Below are positions 20,084 through 30,800 of a DNA stretch of 64,000 bases, piece after piece. The stretch lies in IMG/VR virus record IMGVR_UViG_3300032050_000023. One strand, written 5' to 3'. Under the pieces are notes generated by a model. The model did not search any database, was not told the DNA's origin, and worked only from the letters and a program-made list of their open reading frames with translations. Numbering within the stretch: the stretch's first letter is position 1; the number at the start of each line of letters is the position of its first letter. The position numbers and the translations under genes were made by a program. The DNA comes from an uncultured virus (IMG/VR IMGVR_UViG_3300032050_000023). Its lineage: Duplodnaviria; Heunggongvirae; Uroviricota; Caudoviricetes.

Positions 20084-20773
20084 TTAGTATTCTTCGTCTA
20101 AATATTCATTAAATGAATCCTCAATTTGTCCAGAGGAAAAATCTTTAACTTCGTCGGAAGTTAACACATATTCATTTTTTCCCGATTTTTCCATCTCTTC
20201 TTGTTTATCAACAAAAAAATCGGATAGTTTTTGTTTGAAAGGACCTGAATCTAAACTTCGTAACTCTAATTTTTCTTGAGGTGTTTTTGGTTTATACCTT
20301 TCTACTTTATCTTCTATCGAGGTAAGTTTAGATGCAATTCCATCCATTTCTTTTAGTTTTGCATCTAAAGTTTCTAATTGTTTAAATAGATTTTGAAAAT
20401 ATTCCTCTTGTTTAGTTTCTATGTTTTTTTGAGCCGTAACTAAATCTGTGATGTCTAATTCTTCATCCTCTTCTTCTTTACCTACTTCTTCGACATCAGG
20501 GTCGGTACTTACATCAACAGGGGCAGCTTCTGTTCCTCCTGCTGGTGGTGCTCCTCCTTCTGGTGCTCCTGCTGGTGGTGCTCCTGCTGGTGGTGCTCCT
20601 GCAGCCATTGGGTCACCTCCCGCCATTGGATCTCCTCCTGCTAACGGGTCTCCACCCGCTAACGGATCTGCCGGTGGTGCTCCACCCGCTAATGGGTCTT
20701 CTTGTTCATTTATATAATTATTAATACTCCTGTATCTATTAATCTCCTCTAATATTTTTCTATCAATATTCAT
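20084..20773 (-). CDS. Acidic Pro/Gly/Ala-repeat coiled-coil protein (possible head-internal or scaffold-like protein)
   Basis: GGDPLA/GAPPA repeats, acidic stretch and coiled coil; N-terminus ILEEINRY..INNYINEQ. Confidence 0.65.
   Translation of the reverse strand: MNIDRKILEEINRYRSINNYINEQEDPLAGGAPPADPLAGGDPLAGGDPMAGGDPMAAGAPPAGAPPAGAPEGGAPPAGGTEAAPVDVSTDPDVEEVGKEEEDEELDITDLVTAQKNIETKQEEYFQNLFKQLETLDAKLKEMDGIASKLTSIEDKVERYKPKTPQEKLELRSLDSGPFKQKLSDFFVDKQEEMEKSGKNEYVLTSDEVKDFSSGQIEDSFNEYLDEEY
20530..20700. repeat. Coding tandem repeats (15-bp GCTGGTGGTGCTCCT units and 18-bp GGDP(L/M)A units)
   Basis: Visible direct repeats inside the 229-aa ORF. Confidence 0.75.
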
Positions 20774-20776
20774 ATA

Positions 20777-21004
20777 TTAACCATTTAATAATGTTTTTAT
20801 TCCTGATTTTGTTTCTACCTGAATTTTTTTGAATTTGTTCATAGTGTTATCTACTCTTTCTATCAAACCATCTTTCATTCTTATTGTATAACAATCACCA
20901 GTATCTAAGTCACAAACTTCTTTGAATCCGTTACCTGTATCTTTTTCAGACATTCTTGTATTTTTACCAAGAAAATTATCCAATATTAATTTTGTATTAC
21001 TCAT
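20777..21004 (-). CDS. Small hypothetical protein (75 aa)
   Basis: ORF preceded by the TATTTAT motif; VCDLDTGDCY. Confidence 0.7.
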   Translation of the reverse strand: MSNTKLILDNFLGKNTRMSEKDTGNGFKEVCDLDTGDCYTIRMKDGLIERVDNTMNKFKKIQVETKSGIKTLLNG

Positions 21005-21051
21005 AATTCTTTTATTAATAAATATAATGAATTCTATAAATGTTCAACTTA

Positions 21052-24000
21052 TTAACTACTCAAGTTAATTGTTTTGGCTAATGATAAACAATTTTCCACT
21101 TCTTTAATTAAATTTGTTTTATCTAAAGGTTGTAATTGACTATATACATTATCATTAACTAAGTTTGGCCATTGGGTTATATATGTTTTTGCTAAATAAT
21201 CAATTAATACGGTTGATGGATTTAATAAATCATTTGTTGTTAAATTAGATAATATATTGTCACCTCCACTTCTTACTAAAGCGATAAATCTATTAGCAAT
21301 TACATACATAGGGTCTTTTACATCAGTAAAATATCCAACAGGAACGTTCTGTTTACCACCCATGTTTTGACAGAAATGATGTTTTGTTTTATCCATTATA
21401 AATTTATCAGAATCAGCTGAATAAGATACGTTCAATTGGAGGTTACCAAAATTTGATGCGTTTATTTTGAACGTTGTTCCGTCGTAATTTGAAATATATC
21501 CTACAAGGAATGTCAAATATCTCAATGTTACTTTTTGATTCTGAGTAAGTGTTGATGATGTTGGTAACAAATTAACAGTTGTTTTGATATCAGTGGCAAT
21601 TTGGGTATCACTTAATCCAGATGTCGCTGTTGATGCACTATATGATAGTGCTCGGAATGGTGATGCTAAATCTTGGGAACAAGAATCCGGTCCAGGCGTA
21701 TTCGGTCCGTTTACTTCATTCATTTTTGTTGATTGTTCTCCAATAATATTAGTTGATATATTAGCTTCCGTTTCTGTTTTTGCTTTGGTTAATAATGGTG
21801 TTACAAAATTCTTATAAATTGTTTGTAAATAAGAATCTTGTGTTGATATTTCATATACAGGTTGTCTTGTTCCTGAAAAGCTAGTAGAGAATGTACCAGC
21901 GTTAATTCTATGAGAAACCTTTGTTATTTGATAAGGACCTGAAAACAATGGTACATTTCTTAAATTGAAATACATTTTTGGTTGCATCAATGCATTACCT
22001 ATCATTGTTACATCACAAGTGTAAACTCTGTATTTGTAAAAGTTGTACATTGATTGACTTTGAGGTGTTGCATTAATACCTCCACCTTGATTTGCAGTAT
22101 AGTTTGCTAATCTTATTTCTTCTGCAGTTTTTTGACCTGAATTCATATTAACAGAAAAGGAAGTAAAAATTCCTTGATTTTGTCTACCTATATCCAAATT
22201 AAAAGCAACTAATTTATTAGATTTACCCCAATCTTGTTTTTTACTTTGGTCTTCAACTAAAGGATTTTCAGATTGTCTGTTCAATTGGAAAACGTCATTT
22301 CTAAAATCACTATTTGGGATATCCAAATTTTTACTTGCTTCGTTTGCGAAAGTACACACCATTTTTGTTTTTGACTTTCTATAATCCACATTTAAAAAAG
22401 TTCCAAATAAATCATTCGCTACCGATGTTGAACCTTGATTTGATGGGTTAGGTCTAACTGTAACATCATTAACGTCATAATAATTGACATATCCTGCGTG
22501 TTCTTCAATATTAAACCCACTACTTTGAATTAACTCTCTTAATATCAAACCAAGTTGTCTATCTGGAGTGTTAAGTACGGAATTTTCTAATTTATCTTTC
22601 CATAAGATGACATCACAATAAACTTCACTACTTATATTTCTTGATGCTCTATCTAAGAAAAGAAAATCTTCAAATAATGTAAATTCTTTATAATCATTAC
22701 CTGATATCCATTTATCATTCATTGCCTTTAATTTTTCCCAAATTTCAATTCTACCAATATCCCCTGTATAATTTGCCTTTTTTGGTTGTGGTGTGATGAC
22801 AGTATTTGGTAAATTTTTAAGGACTTCTTCCATCAAAGTATTAATAATGTCATCTTTGAATAGGTTGTTAGTTTCTATTATGTTTGTGAGAATTTGTCTA
22901 AATTTAAATTCGTCTAATGTGTTGTCTTCAAGTTTTTGAGTAGCATAAATTTTAACTAATGGGGCAAAGTCTTTAATATTGTCCACAGTAAAAGCAATAT
23001 CCAAATCAATAAAAAAATCAGTTATGAAAGAACCATTATCAGTATAAACTAAATTTGGTATTGACGAATAACCAACATATGTTTCCAAAGCCCTCCACTC
23101 GTCTGAATAAAAATTTTGTGATTGTGCTAAAGTTGTTGTACCACCCAAATATGGTAATGCGTATGGGGTACTTAAGTTATAGGATACAGGATTTAATTTA
23201 TCAACCAAAGGGGATGATGAAAGACTGTAAAATGTCTTTTTATTATAAAAAGACGGATTTCCATTATTAAACATTATATCATAATTCATAAACTTGTTTA
23301 ATAAACTATAAACATTATCTAATTGGGTTAATTTAATTTTCGATAACGCTTCATCACTAACACTTTCGTTAATAAAATCTTCACCAGGTATTCTGAACAA
23401 TTCAGTTGCTAACAATTGGAAATTTCTGTATTTAATTAGAATATCGTCTTCAGACGCTGGATTTGTTTCAGGTGTTTTTAAAATATTTGTATAGTCATAT
23501 TTAGATTTTGAGAAGTTTAAGAAGTGTTCCTCAAATAAATCTAATACTTGTCTTTCAAACACAGAAAACACTTCTTCAATACTCGTATATATATCTCTTG
23601 TCGATAGGACAAAAGGCCCAAAATTTACGTTACCATTTGTATCCCCGTTTATTGAGAAATTTTCTTGATTTTTTGATGTTTTTAAAACTGTTTTCAAGTA
23701 CTCATTTGGTGAATTAATTGCCAATCTATTGTTATCAAAATATCCATAATTTGGGAGTGACCAAAAAGCTCTTACCGAACCATTGAATACCGCAGGGTTA
23801 TCTTTTACTTCAGTTTTTAATTTTTGTTGTCCATCAGGACCTTTAAAACACTCATATTTTGTTTGATTAAAACTACTACCAAAAGACGGTGTTATAAAAT
23901 AATCTTCACTTTTATCATCTTTTACTAAAGTTGATAGTGTAGAAATATTCATAGCTCTGTTTTGGTCGGATGGGTCAAAACCAAAATCATAATTCAAAAG

Positions 24001-27000
24001 TGAACTTTCTGAAAGATTAATATATAGTTTTCCATTATCAATTTGTTCTTGAATTTCACTATCCGTATATGTATCAAAAATTGTCAGTCCGTTAAAGAAC
24101 AAATTAAAGTCATCAACAAGTTTAGGATAAAACCCCAAATTCATTTGTGTACCTGTAAGAAACCCAGAAACGATATCTCTTTGTAATGAAATATCAACAG
24201 GGTCTGTTGTTATATTTGTAAAACCACTTAACGTATATACTTTTGAGATATCTTGTGTGATTGGGTCGTAATTTTCAGCGTAATTAAAATTATCCCAAGG
24301 AATCGTCATGTAATCAAATCCTGTCTCTACCCAACTTTTATATCTATTCCAAATTGAACCGTATTTGAGAACCCAAGCATATGGTAGTTTATGTACTGAA
24401 CCAAATTTTTTAAATGTTGCAAACATATAATCTAAATCAGTACTTACAGTATTACTATACGTTTTATATTTTTCTCTTAAAGTTGTTAATGGTAAAGAGT
24501 TTAAGAAAAGGTAAGCTGCTTCTCTAAATGGGTACTGATTGAATTCTCTAAAATTTTGTACCCCTTTTATTATTGAATTAACAAAATATGGAGTATTTAA
24601 CATGGATGTTGTTTGTTCTCCAATCAATTGATTGTCATATTCTATATAATTGATATTACCTTCTGTTATATGTTGTTTATCAAAGTTTTTTGATTTATCC
24701 TCATAGTAAGCTTTTAGAGTTTCCTTATTTGTTATCTCAATTGATGGGTCATTTACGTTTGTTTGATAAAAATATGTAAAAGGTCTTACAAAAAAAGAAT
24801 CACTCGCATCTGTAAAATTTGCGGTTTGTACAATTTTGGTGTTATAAAAAATGGTTTTTGTTGTATTGAAAGCTAAATTAGTATCTCCACTTATTGTTGC
24901 GGAATCTGCTAAACTTTCATTAACCCAATCTTCATTCACATATGGATAAATGTCTGTTTGGTCAAAACCATTATTCTTTGTTGACTCTAAAAAATTTATT
25001 ACATTTTCACTTGTTCCAATTAAATCTTGTTTTATAGGATCAAATGAAGAAATATAATACGGAGTTTCAGTCACACTTTGTAAATATGGTGTATTGTATA
25101 TACCTCTACTAAAGTTTTGCCAACTTTCACCAGCACCATCATTAGATATGTGTCTTAAAATTAATTCAAAATTTTTAGCGTTAAAATTGTAATTTTTAAG
25201 TATCTGTATTAAAAATGGATTATCTGTTTTGAGTGCATTTTTGATATTTTGTGCTTCCATATCAATTAACACTTTGTATACACTGTTATCCCTACTTCCA
25301 AATCTGTTTAATTTAGAATAAAATGCGTAAGTAATAACTCTTTCGTATATTTCATATATAAATTTAACATCTTCTAAGCTTGAGTATATCGTATAAGTAA
25401 GTGGATATTCTACCGTATTTAGAGACGTGAATGGTAAATTTTGTGTTTGATTTTGAGTTATAACAAAATTTGCTGGCGTATTTCTTAATATAAACCCATT
25501 CAAATATTCTTCCACAAACTCAACTTCCGGCCAAATTGTATAATCATTAGAACCTGTTTCTGTTGGGTAATCGCCTGGATATTTTACCTGATAACTTGTT
25601 TTAGTAGGGTTTGATGTATCCTCAACAATAAATTGAGGCCATGGATAAACAGGAGAAGTTGCCCTTGATATTTTAGGTCTATCAACAGATGCACTATTTG
25701 ACACACTTTCCAATATCACTCTTCTTCTTGTTGGGTCATCTCTTTTGTTCCACGCACTTTTATGTACATCATCCATAAGTCTCAGAAAAGCTTCAGCATT
25801 TGCCAATATTATACCAACCATATTATTTATAGTAGGTTTAAATCCTAAATTTAATTCTAAGGTTTCCTTTAATGATTCAGTAAGCGCACTTTCAATTTCT
25901 GTTTTTTTTGTTTTAAGTGCTGTTTCTAAATCACTTATCTTTTCTAAAAATGATTTATTACCTTGACTAATACCTTCAAATATAAAATAATCGTTTGTTG
26001 GTAATTCAGTTGTTTTTACATTATTTTTGAATTCTACTAAGATAGGGTCTGTATCCCCTGAAGGGGTTGCATTATATCTCAATTGATACGATTTTTGATA
26101 ATCTATTGGGTCAGCAGCAACCAACTTACTATCAATTTTATCAAAATAAAAATCTTCGAATTTTATATCTACAGGTATTACAGAATCTGTCTTAACGTTT
26201 GCTATTGTATAACTTTTACTCGAACCTGACGCTCCAAATGTTGGGTTATTACCTAATTTTTTATTATACTCATCAATAATACCTTTAAGATTATTAATCG
26301 CGGTTTCTCTTTTCTTGATATCAGTTTGTATCTCTTTTTTAAAAGGTATATTTTTTATATATTTAATACTATTATCTGAAGTGTAAGAACTGAGAAATAG
26401 AGAGTTTGGCTCATATAAGTTTGTTTTTAACCATGAATCGTCATTTCGATAAATCTTATCTTTGTAAGATGTAATGTCATTTAAAAAAACTTCACAGTTA
26501 GTTAAAGCACTAAGAGATTCTTGATTTTGATAACTATTCAAAATATCCGTTATAAATGTTTTCAACTTTTCTTTAAATTGATAAACGGTATATTCAGGTA
26601 AATTTTCATCTACAAGTTTTTTGTTCTTATATTCTTTGAAAACTTCTCTAATTTTTTGATATCCCTTTGTTAATTTTGCGGTTTGTCCTTCGTTTACATC
26701 TGTTACTTGTCCTGGTGTTGAGGTTACAACAGTATTAGCCTCATACATATGAGGTAACGCTAAACAATCTGAAAGTTTAATTTCATTCAAAACTGAAAAA
26801 ATATAAGGATCAAATTTTAATTCAATTTCAAAATTTCCCGAATCTGCATCAAAAGAACTCTTGAAATCTGTTAACTGTAATTTATATTGAACTGCTTTAC
26901 CATAGTATCCTTTAATCGTTAATGTAAAAGGTGGATATGGGTATTGGAAAAATACTCCGTATGGTGAATTGTCTGCCAACTCAAATAAAGCTCTACCTCT

Positions 27001-27504
27001 AACATCAATTAAAGAAATTGTTACTTGAGTTTTTAACGATAACTCAGTACTCACGTTTATTGACTTAATTCCTAATAAACCAGAGTCAACGACCTGATTT
27101 TGACCGTTACTCGTAAAAGTTTGATTCAAATAAAATTGGTCAGAATTTTTTGGGTCTTTAACTGCATATTGATTTGCTTGATTAACACCTTGACCTTTGA
27201 GAGTTCCTTTTCCTGTAAACTCGTCTAAATATGAATTATCATAAAACTTTTTATCACCAGGATTTAAAAAATTAATTTTTGCAACAGACACTGTTTGTAA
27301 ATCGTTGTTGTGTGGAACTGCACCAAGAAGAAGTTTTGTTCTAGGTAAAACTTTACATTCCAAATTAGCATACATGACCATGTTTTCATGTTTGACTAAT
27401 CTTTCTTTTACATTACCTTCGTTATCTACAATTCTGTTAGGGTCTATTATTATAATATTTTGGTAATCAAAGTCAACTAAAATATTTTCGTCATTAATCG
27501 CCAT
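21052..27504 (-). CDS. Very large baseplate hub / central-spike-associated protein (2150 aa)
   Basis: N-terminal GIKSINVS..VTISLIDVRG and C-terminal CDVTMIGNALMQPKMYFNLRNVPLFSGPYQITKVSHRINAGTFSTSFSGTR resemble gp27/VgrG/phage D-like hub halves; follows the LysM/gp53-like gene. Confidence 0.65.
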   Translation of the reverse strand: MAINDENILVDFDYQNIIIIDPNRIVDNEGNVKERLVKHENMVMYANLECKVLPRTKLLLGAVPHNNDLQTVSVAKINFLNPGDKKFYDNSYLDEFTGKGTLKGQGVNQANQYAVKDPKNSDQFYLNQTFTSNGQNQVVDSGLLGIKSINVSTELSLKTQVTISLIDVRGRALFELADNSPYGVFFQYPYPPFTLTIKGYYGKAVQYKLQLTDFKSSFDADSGNFEIELKFDPYIFSVLNEIKLSDCLALPHMYEANTVVTSTPGQVTDVNEGQTAKLTKGYQKIREVFKEYKNKKLVDENLPEYTVYQFKEKLKTFITDILNSYQNQESLSALTNCEVFLNDITSYKDKIYRNDDSWLKTNLYEPNSLFLSSYTSDNSIKYIKNIPFKKEIQTDIKKRETAINNLKGIIDEYNKKLGNNPTFGASGSSKSYTIANVKTDSVIPVDIKFEDFYFDKIDSKLVAADPIDYQKSYQLRYNATPSGDTDPILVEFKNNVKTTELPTNDYFIFEGISQGNKSFLEKISDLETALKTKKTEIESALTESLKETLELNLGFKPTINNMVGIILANAEAFLRLMDDVHKSAWNKRDDPTRRRVILESVSNSASVDRPKISRATSPVYPWPQFIVEDTSNPTKTSYQVKYPGDYPTETGSNDYTIWPEVEFVEEYLNGFILRNTPANFVITQNQTQNLPFTSLNTVEYPLTYTIYSSLEDVKFIYEIYERVITYAFYSKLNRFGSRDNSVYKVLIDMEAQNIKNALKTDNPFLIQILKNYNFNAKNFELILRHISNDGAGESWQNFSRGIYNTPYLQSVTETPYYISSFDPIKQDLIGTSENVINFLESTKNNGFDQTDIYPYVNEDWVNESLADSATISGDTNLAFNTTKTIFYNTKIVQTANFTDASDSFFVRPFTYFYQTNVNDPSIEITNKETLKAYYEDKSKNFDKQHITEGNINYIEYDNQLIGEQTTSMLNTPYFVNSIIKGVQNFREFNQYPFREAAYLFLNSLPLTTLREKYKTYSNTVSTDLDYMFATFKKFGSVHKLPYAWVLKYGSIWNRYKSWVETGFDYMTIPWDNFNYAENYDPITQDISKVYTLSGFTNITTDPVDISLQRDIVSGFLTGTQMNLGFYPKLVDDFNLFFNGLTIFDTYTDSEIQEQIDNGKLYINLSESSLLNYDFGFDPSDQNRAMNISTLSTLVKDDKSEDYFITPSFGSSFNQTKYECFKGPDGQQKLKTEVKDNPAVFNGSVRAFWSLPNYGYFDNNRLAINSPNEYLKTVLKTSKNQENFSINGDTNGNVNFGPFVLSTRDIYTSIEEVFSVFERQVLDLFEEHFLNFSKSKYDYTNILKTPETNPASEDDILIKYRNFQLLATELFRIPGEDFINESVSDEALSKIKLTQLDNVYSLLNKFMNYDIMFNNGNPSFYNKKTFYSLSSSPLVDKLNPVSYNLSTPYALPYLGGTTTLAQSQNFYSDEWRALETYVGYSSIPNLVYTDNGSFITDFFIDLDIAFTVDNIKDFAPLVKIYATQKLEDNTLDEFKFRQILTNIIETNNLFKDDIINTLMEEVLKNLPNTVITPQPKKANYTGDIGRIEIWEKLKAMNDKWISGNDYKEFTLFEDFLFLDRASRNISSEVYCDVILWKDKLENSVLNTPDRQLGLILRELIQSSGFNIEEHAGYVNYYDVNDVTVRPNPSNQGSTSVANDLFGTFLNVDYRKSKTKMVCTFANEASKNLDIPNSDFRNDVFQLNRQSENPLVEDQSKKQDWGKSNKLVAFNLDIGRQNQGIFTSFSVNMNSGQKTAEEIRLANYTANQGGGINATPQSQSMYNFYKYRVYTCDVTMIGNALMQPKMYFNLRNVPLFSGPYQITKVSHRINAGTFSTSFSGTRQPVYEISTQDSYLQTIYKNFVTPLLTKAKTETEANISTNIIGEQSTKMNEVNGPNTPGPDSCSQDLASPFRALSYSASTATSGLSDTQIATDIKTTVNLLPTSSTLTQNQKVTLRYLTFLVGYISNYDGTTFKINASNFGNLQLNVSYSADSDKFIMDKTKHHFCQNMGGKQNVPVGYFTDVKDPMYVIANRFIALVRSGGDNILSNLTTNDLLNPSTVLIDYLAKTYITQWPNLVNDNVYSQLQPLDKTNLIKEVENCLSLAKTINLSS

Positions 27505-27817
27505 AATAAAAATAATAATTATCTATTGAATTTTTATATTCTTGTAATGACGCAATCAATGGAAAAGGAACTCTTAAAATAGAACCGTCTGGTATATTCC
27601 ATTCTTCTCCTCCGAATTGTGGATTGTTCGCCATTATTAACCAACCAAAAAATGGAGTACCATAAAATTGTTGTGATATTTTATCCATTCTAGATTGACC
27701 GACTTTATAAATATAAGTCTTATCAGATGGTTTTGTATCTAATTTTACAAAAGGAACTGTTTTTTGTTCCCCATCAATAAGGAATTGATTGTATCTATTA
27801 TAATATTGGGATGACAT
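27494..27817 (-). CDS. LysM-like baseplate protein (gp53 / tail X-like)
   Basis: SRMDKISQQFYGTPFFGWLIMANNP...IPDGSILRVP. Confidence 0.8.
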   Translation of the reverse strand: MSSQYYNRYNQFLIDGEQKTVPFVKLDTKPSDKTYIYKVGQSRMDKISQQFYGTPFFGWLIMANNPQFGGEEWNIPDGSILRVPFPLIASLQEYKNSIDNYYFYYGD

Positions 27818-27819
27818 CT

Positions 27820-30800
27820 TTAACTTAATTTAACTTTACCATCAAAGGTCTTTTTATCCAAAATCCAATTCGTTGTACCATATATTTGTTTTAGAATTGA
27901 TTTTCTTCTTGAGTCAATATCTTGTGATGTTGGGTTTTTAATTGTTTGATAAAGTCTTCTTCTGTTTGCATTTTCATCTAATGTGAAATTTTTTAAATCA
28001 GTATAAGCGGGACTTGTTTTATCCTCTTCTATAGTTTTTTTATCTAAATCATAAATCTCAACATACTTATCTCTAATATCATTTAGATTTTCAGTCAACT
28101 CTTGTTTTGCCCCACCAATTTGTTCAATTTGTGGTGTTGATACAAATTCAACAAATAATATTTGATATTTATCCTCATTTGTAAATGTTTGTGATGCTAA
28201 GGTGTAAAATCTTTTTTCAGCATCTGTCAAATCATTCATATAATCTTTAGAGGTCTGAAAACAGTTTTCAGTATCGTAAAATGTTTCCGTTGGTAAAGGA
28301 ACAATTTTTGAGTTATTTTTTTGGTCAGCATATTCATTAAGTTTTTTTGTTACCTCCCCAACATCAACTATCATTTGTTCAAATACTTCTTCTTCTTCAA
28401 CCAATAAATATAATTTAACATCCCCATCAGTTAAAATTTTTCCATCATAACCCCTTAATGGTGGATAAAACGGTGGATTGTTAGGAAGTTCTTTTGTTGT
28501 AATAACATTCATTTTATTTAAGGTTTTCAAAAGTAGTTGTTCTACATCGACTATTGTTGTTACTGGTTGTGTTAAATTTTCAACCGCCTCTTTATCTAAA
28601 CTTTCGACATATTTTTTTAACTTACTTTTTGCGTCTCTAATAATATCTTCTCTTTCTGCTAAAGATGGTGAATTCAAAAACGCCTTAATTACTGGATTTT
28701 CATCATCATCAATATCTTCTTTTATTTTTTGTGCCAATTTGTTTACCTTTCTTTCAAACTCATCTGGTTTACCGTAAATTTTTGTATCCAATTTTGTTTC
28801 GGTATAAATTAAAGTATTACCTGATGTGTAATTTCTATTTGAATTAACAAGTTGTAACATACTATAATTGTATTGGTCTACAATTGTCCCATATTGATTC
28901 GTGCTTATTTCCAAATATTCTTTATATTGTGTGGATAATTCTTTAAAGACATTTGTATAGTCTATATCGCCAGTTTCAGTATCACCACTTTTAACTGTTG
29001 TTAAAACAGTTCCAATTGTTTCACCACCATCTGTGGCTTGTTCATTATTAGTTGTTGCATTGGCAATTGCCTTATCAACCAATTCTACAAGAGCATAGTT
29101 CAATTCTGTTTCTTCTGCTCTTTCATCATACATTTCCGTATTTGCGTAATAATTAAATGAAAGAGCATTTTGTAAAGTTTCTATTGGTTTTGCAAGACCA
29201 TGACCTCCAATAAATTTTAAATCCACAGTAACACCAACAACCATAGGTTGTACACCAATACCTTCTGGGTTTAAATCAAGTAATGAACTCTCATAACTAA
29301 ATGATATAGTTGTTGGTATAGCCTTTGTATGGTAAAAATCCCCCATTCTAATAACTAAAACAGGTGGAGCACCAAAACTTGTATTTAGTGCATCATCATA
29401 TTTAGGTTTACCATCACTACCTATTACAGGAATAGTTTGACCTGGTCTTGTACATTGATTCAAAAATGTAAGTCTTGCATTTAACCCTTCAGGTGTAATT
29501 GAATGAAATGCAGGGTTAAAATACTTTAGTTTATCTTTAAGTGTTTGAAACGCCATTGGGTCACTGTCTTTTAACATTTCAAAATAATCGCATTCGGTAA
29601 GTAATCTTCTTATAATTTTTTTCCCTATTGCTTGTTTTAATCTATCTTGTACATCAGTATTTGGTTGAGGTTTTACCCCTTGTGGATTTGTTTGGTCAGG
29701 AGTACTTTGATTTAGATTATTTTCTTGTGTTGGATCTGTTGACGATATATCATCTGAAATTGTTATTTTACTAATAACAGCACAATTTATTGCCAAATTT
29801 GGATACGCATAAGGTACTTCTGTAGGGCTAAGTACTGTTGGTGGGATAGCATCTATTGTAAGAGATGTGTCAAATGACGCACCATTTTCCCCAACATCTG
29901 TTGTATATCTTTTTACTGTAACCTTAGATAAACTACCACTTGTTTGTATAGTGACTTTTTTATTGTCAATCTCGGTTTGTAATTTTTCTGTTAAAAATGT
30001 TTTTGCCGAATCCGCAAAAACAGTTGTTTTCCCATCAATTGTAATGTCAACAATGTTTTTATTCGACACAATACTTTTTATACCATCAACAAATTCAGAA
30101 TTTATTTTATTATTATTTGATTGAACCACATCTTCAATAAATGCTTGTGTATCAGTATTGGTAAATGGTTCTCCTGTTGATACAACAACATATGAAACAG
30201 GAGCTAATTCAGAATATTCTACCGCTTTGGATAAATAATCGGTAATTTGAGACGAATAATTTGTATCTGTTGAATTTGGTTGAAAATAGAATGTCAATCC
30301 TTCAAAATTTGTTTGAAACTCTTTTTCGTCTTCAGGTGTATTCCCTATGGTGTTCGCGTTATCCGCTGATGTGTTTTCAGCGGGTATTTCTTTTTGTATT
30401 TGTTCTAATTCTTCTGGTGTTAATCTTGGGTCATTTAACAAGTTTTGGTACATTTCTAACTCTCTCAACGGAAGAGTATTAAATTTTGCCGCTAACTCAT
30501 ATAAATCGTATTTTGTACATCCAGCTATAAATGACTTTACCAAATCATCAAATTTTTGTGTACCTAATTTTTCCAATTGTTTATTCACCAACAAATTCAT
30601 TATAGATGGGTGGTCAACAATAATCTTGAATCCAAGTTTACCTGATCGACCAGAATTTTTATACGTATGTATTTCTTCTGGTCTACCAAGAATTGGGATA
30701 CTATCAAAATTAACTGAAGGTGTATCACTGAATGTTAAATCATATGGTGGAAACCACATTATTCTTCCCCCATTCGGCCCTCTCTCACATAAAGGTAACT

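Noticed and set aside
29900..30320. OmpA-like peptidoglycan-binding domain in the 1613-aa protein
   Set aside because: Only a faint resemblance (FYFQPNS, ITIDG); the diagnostic N..LS..RA motif is absent.
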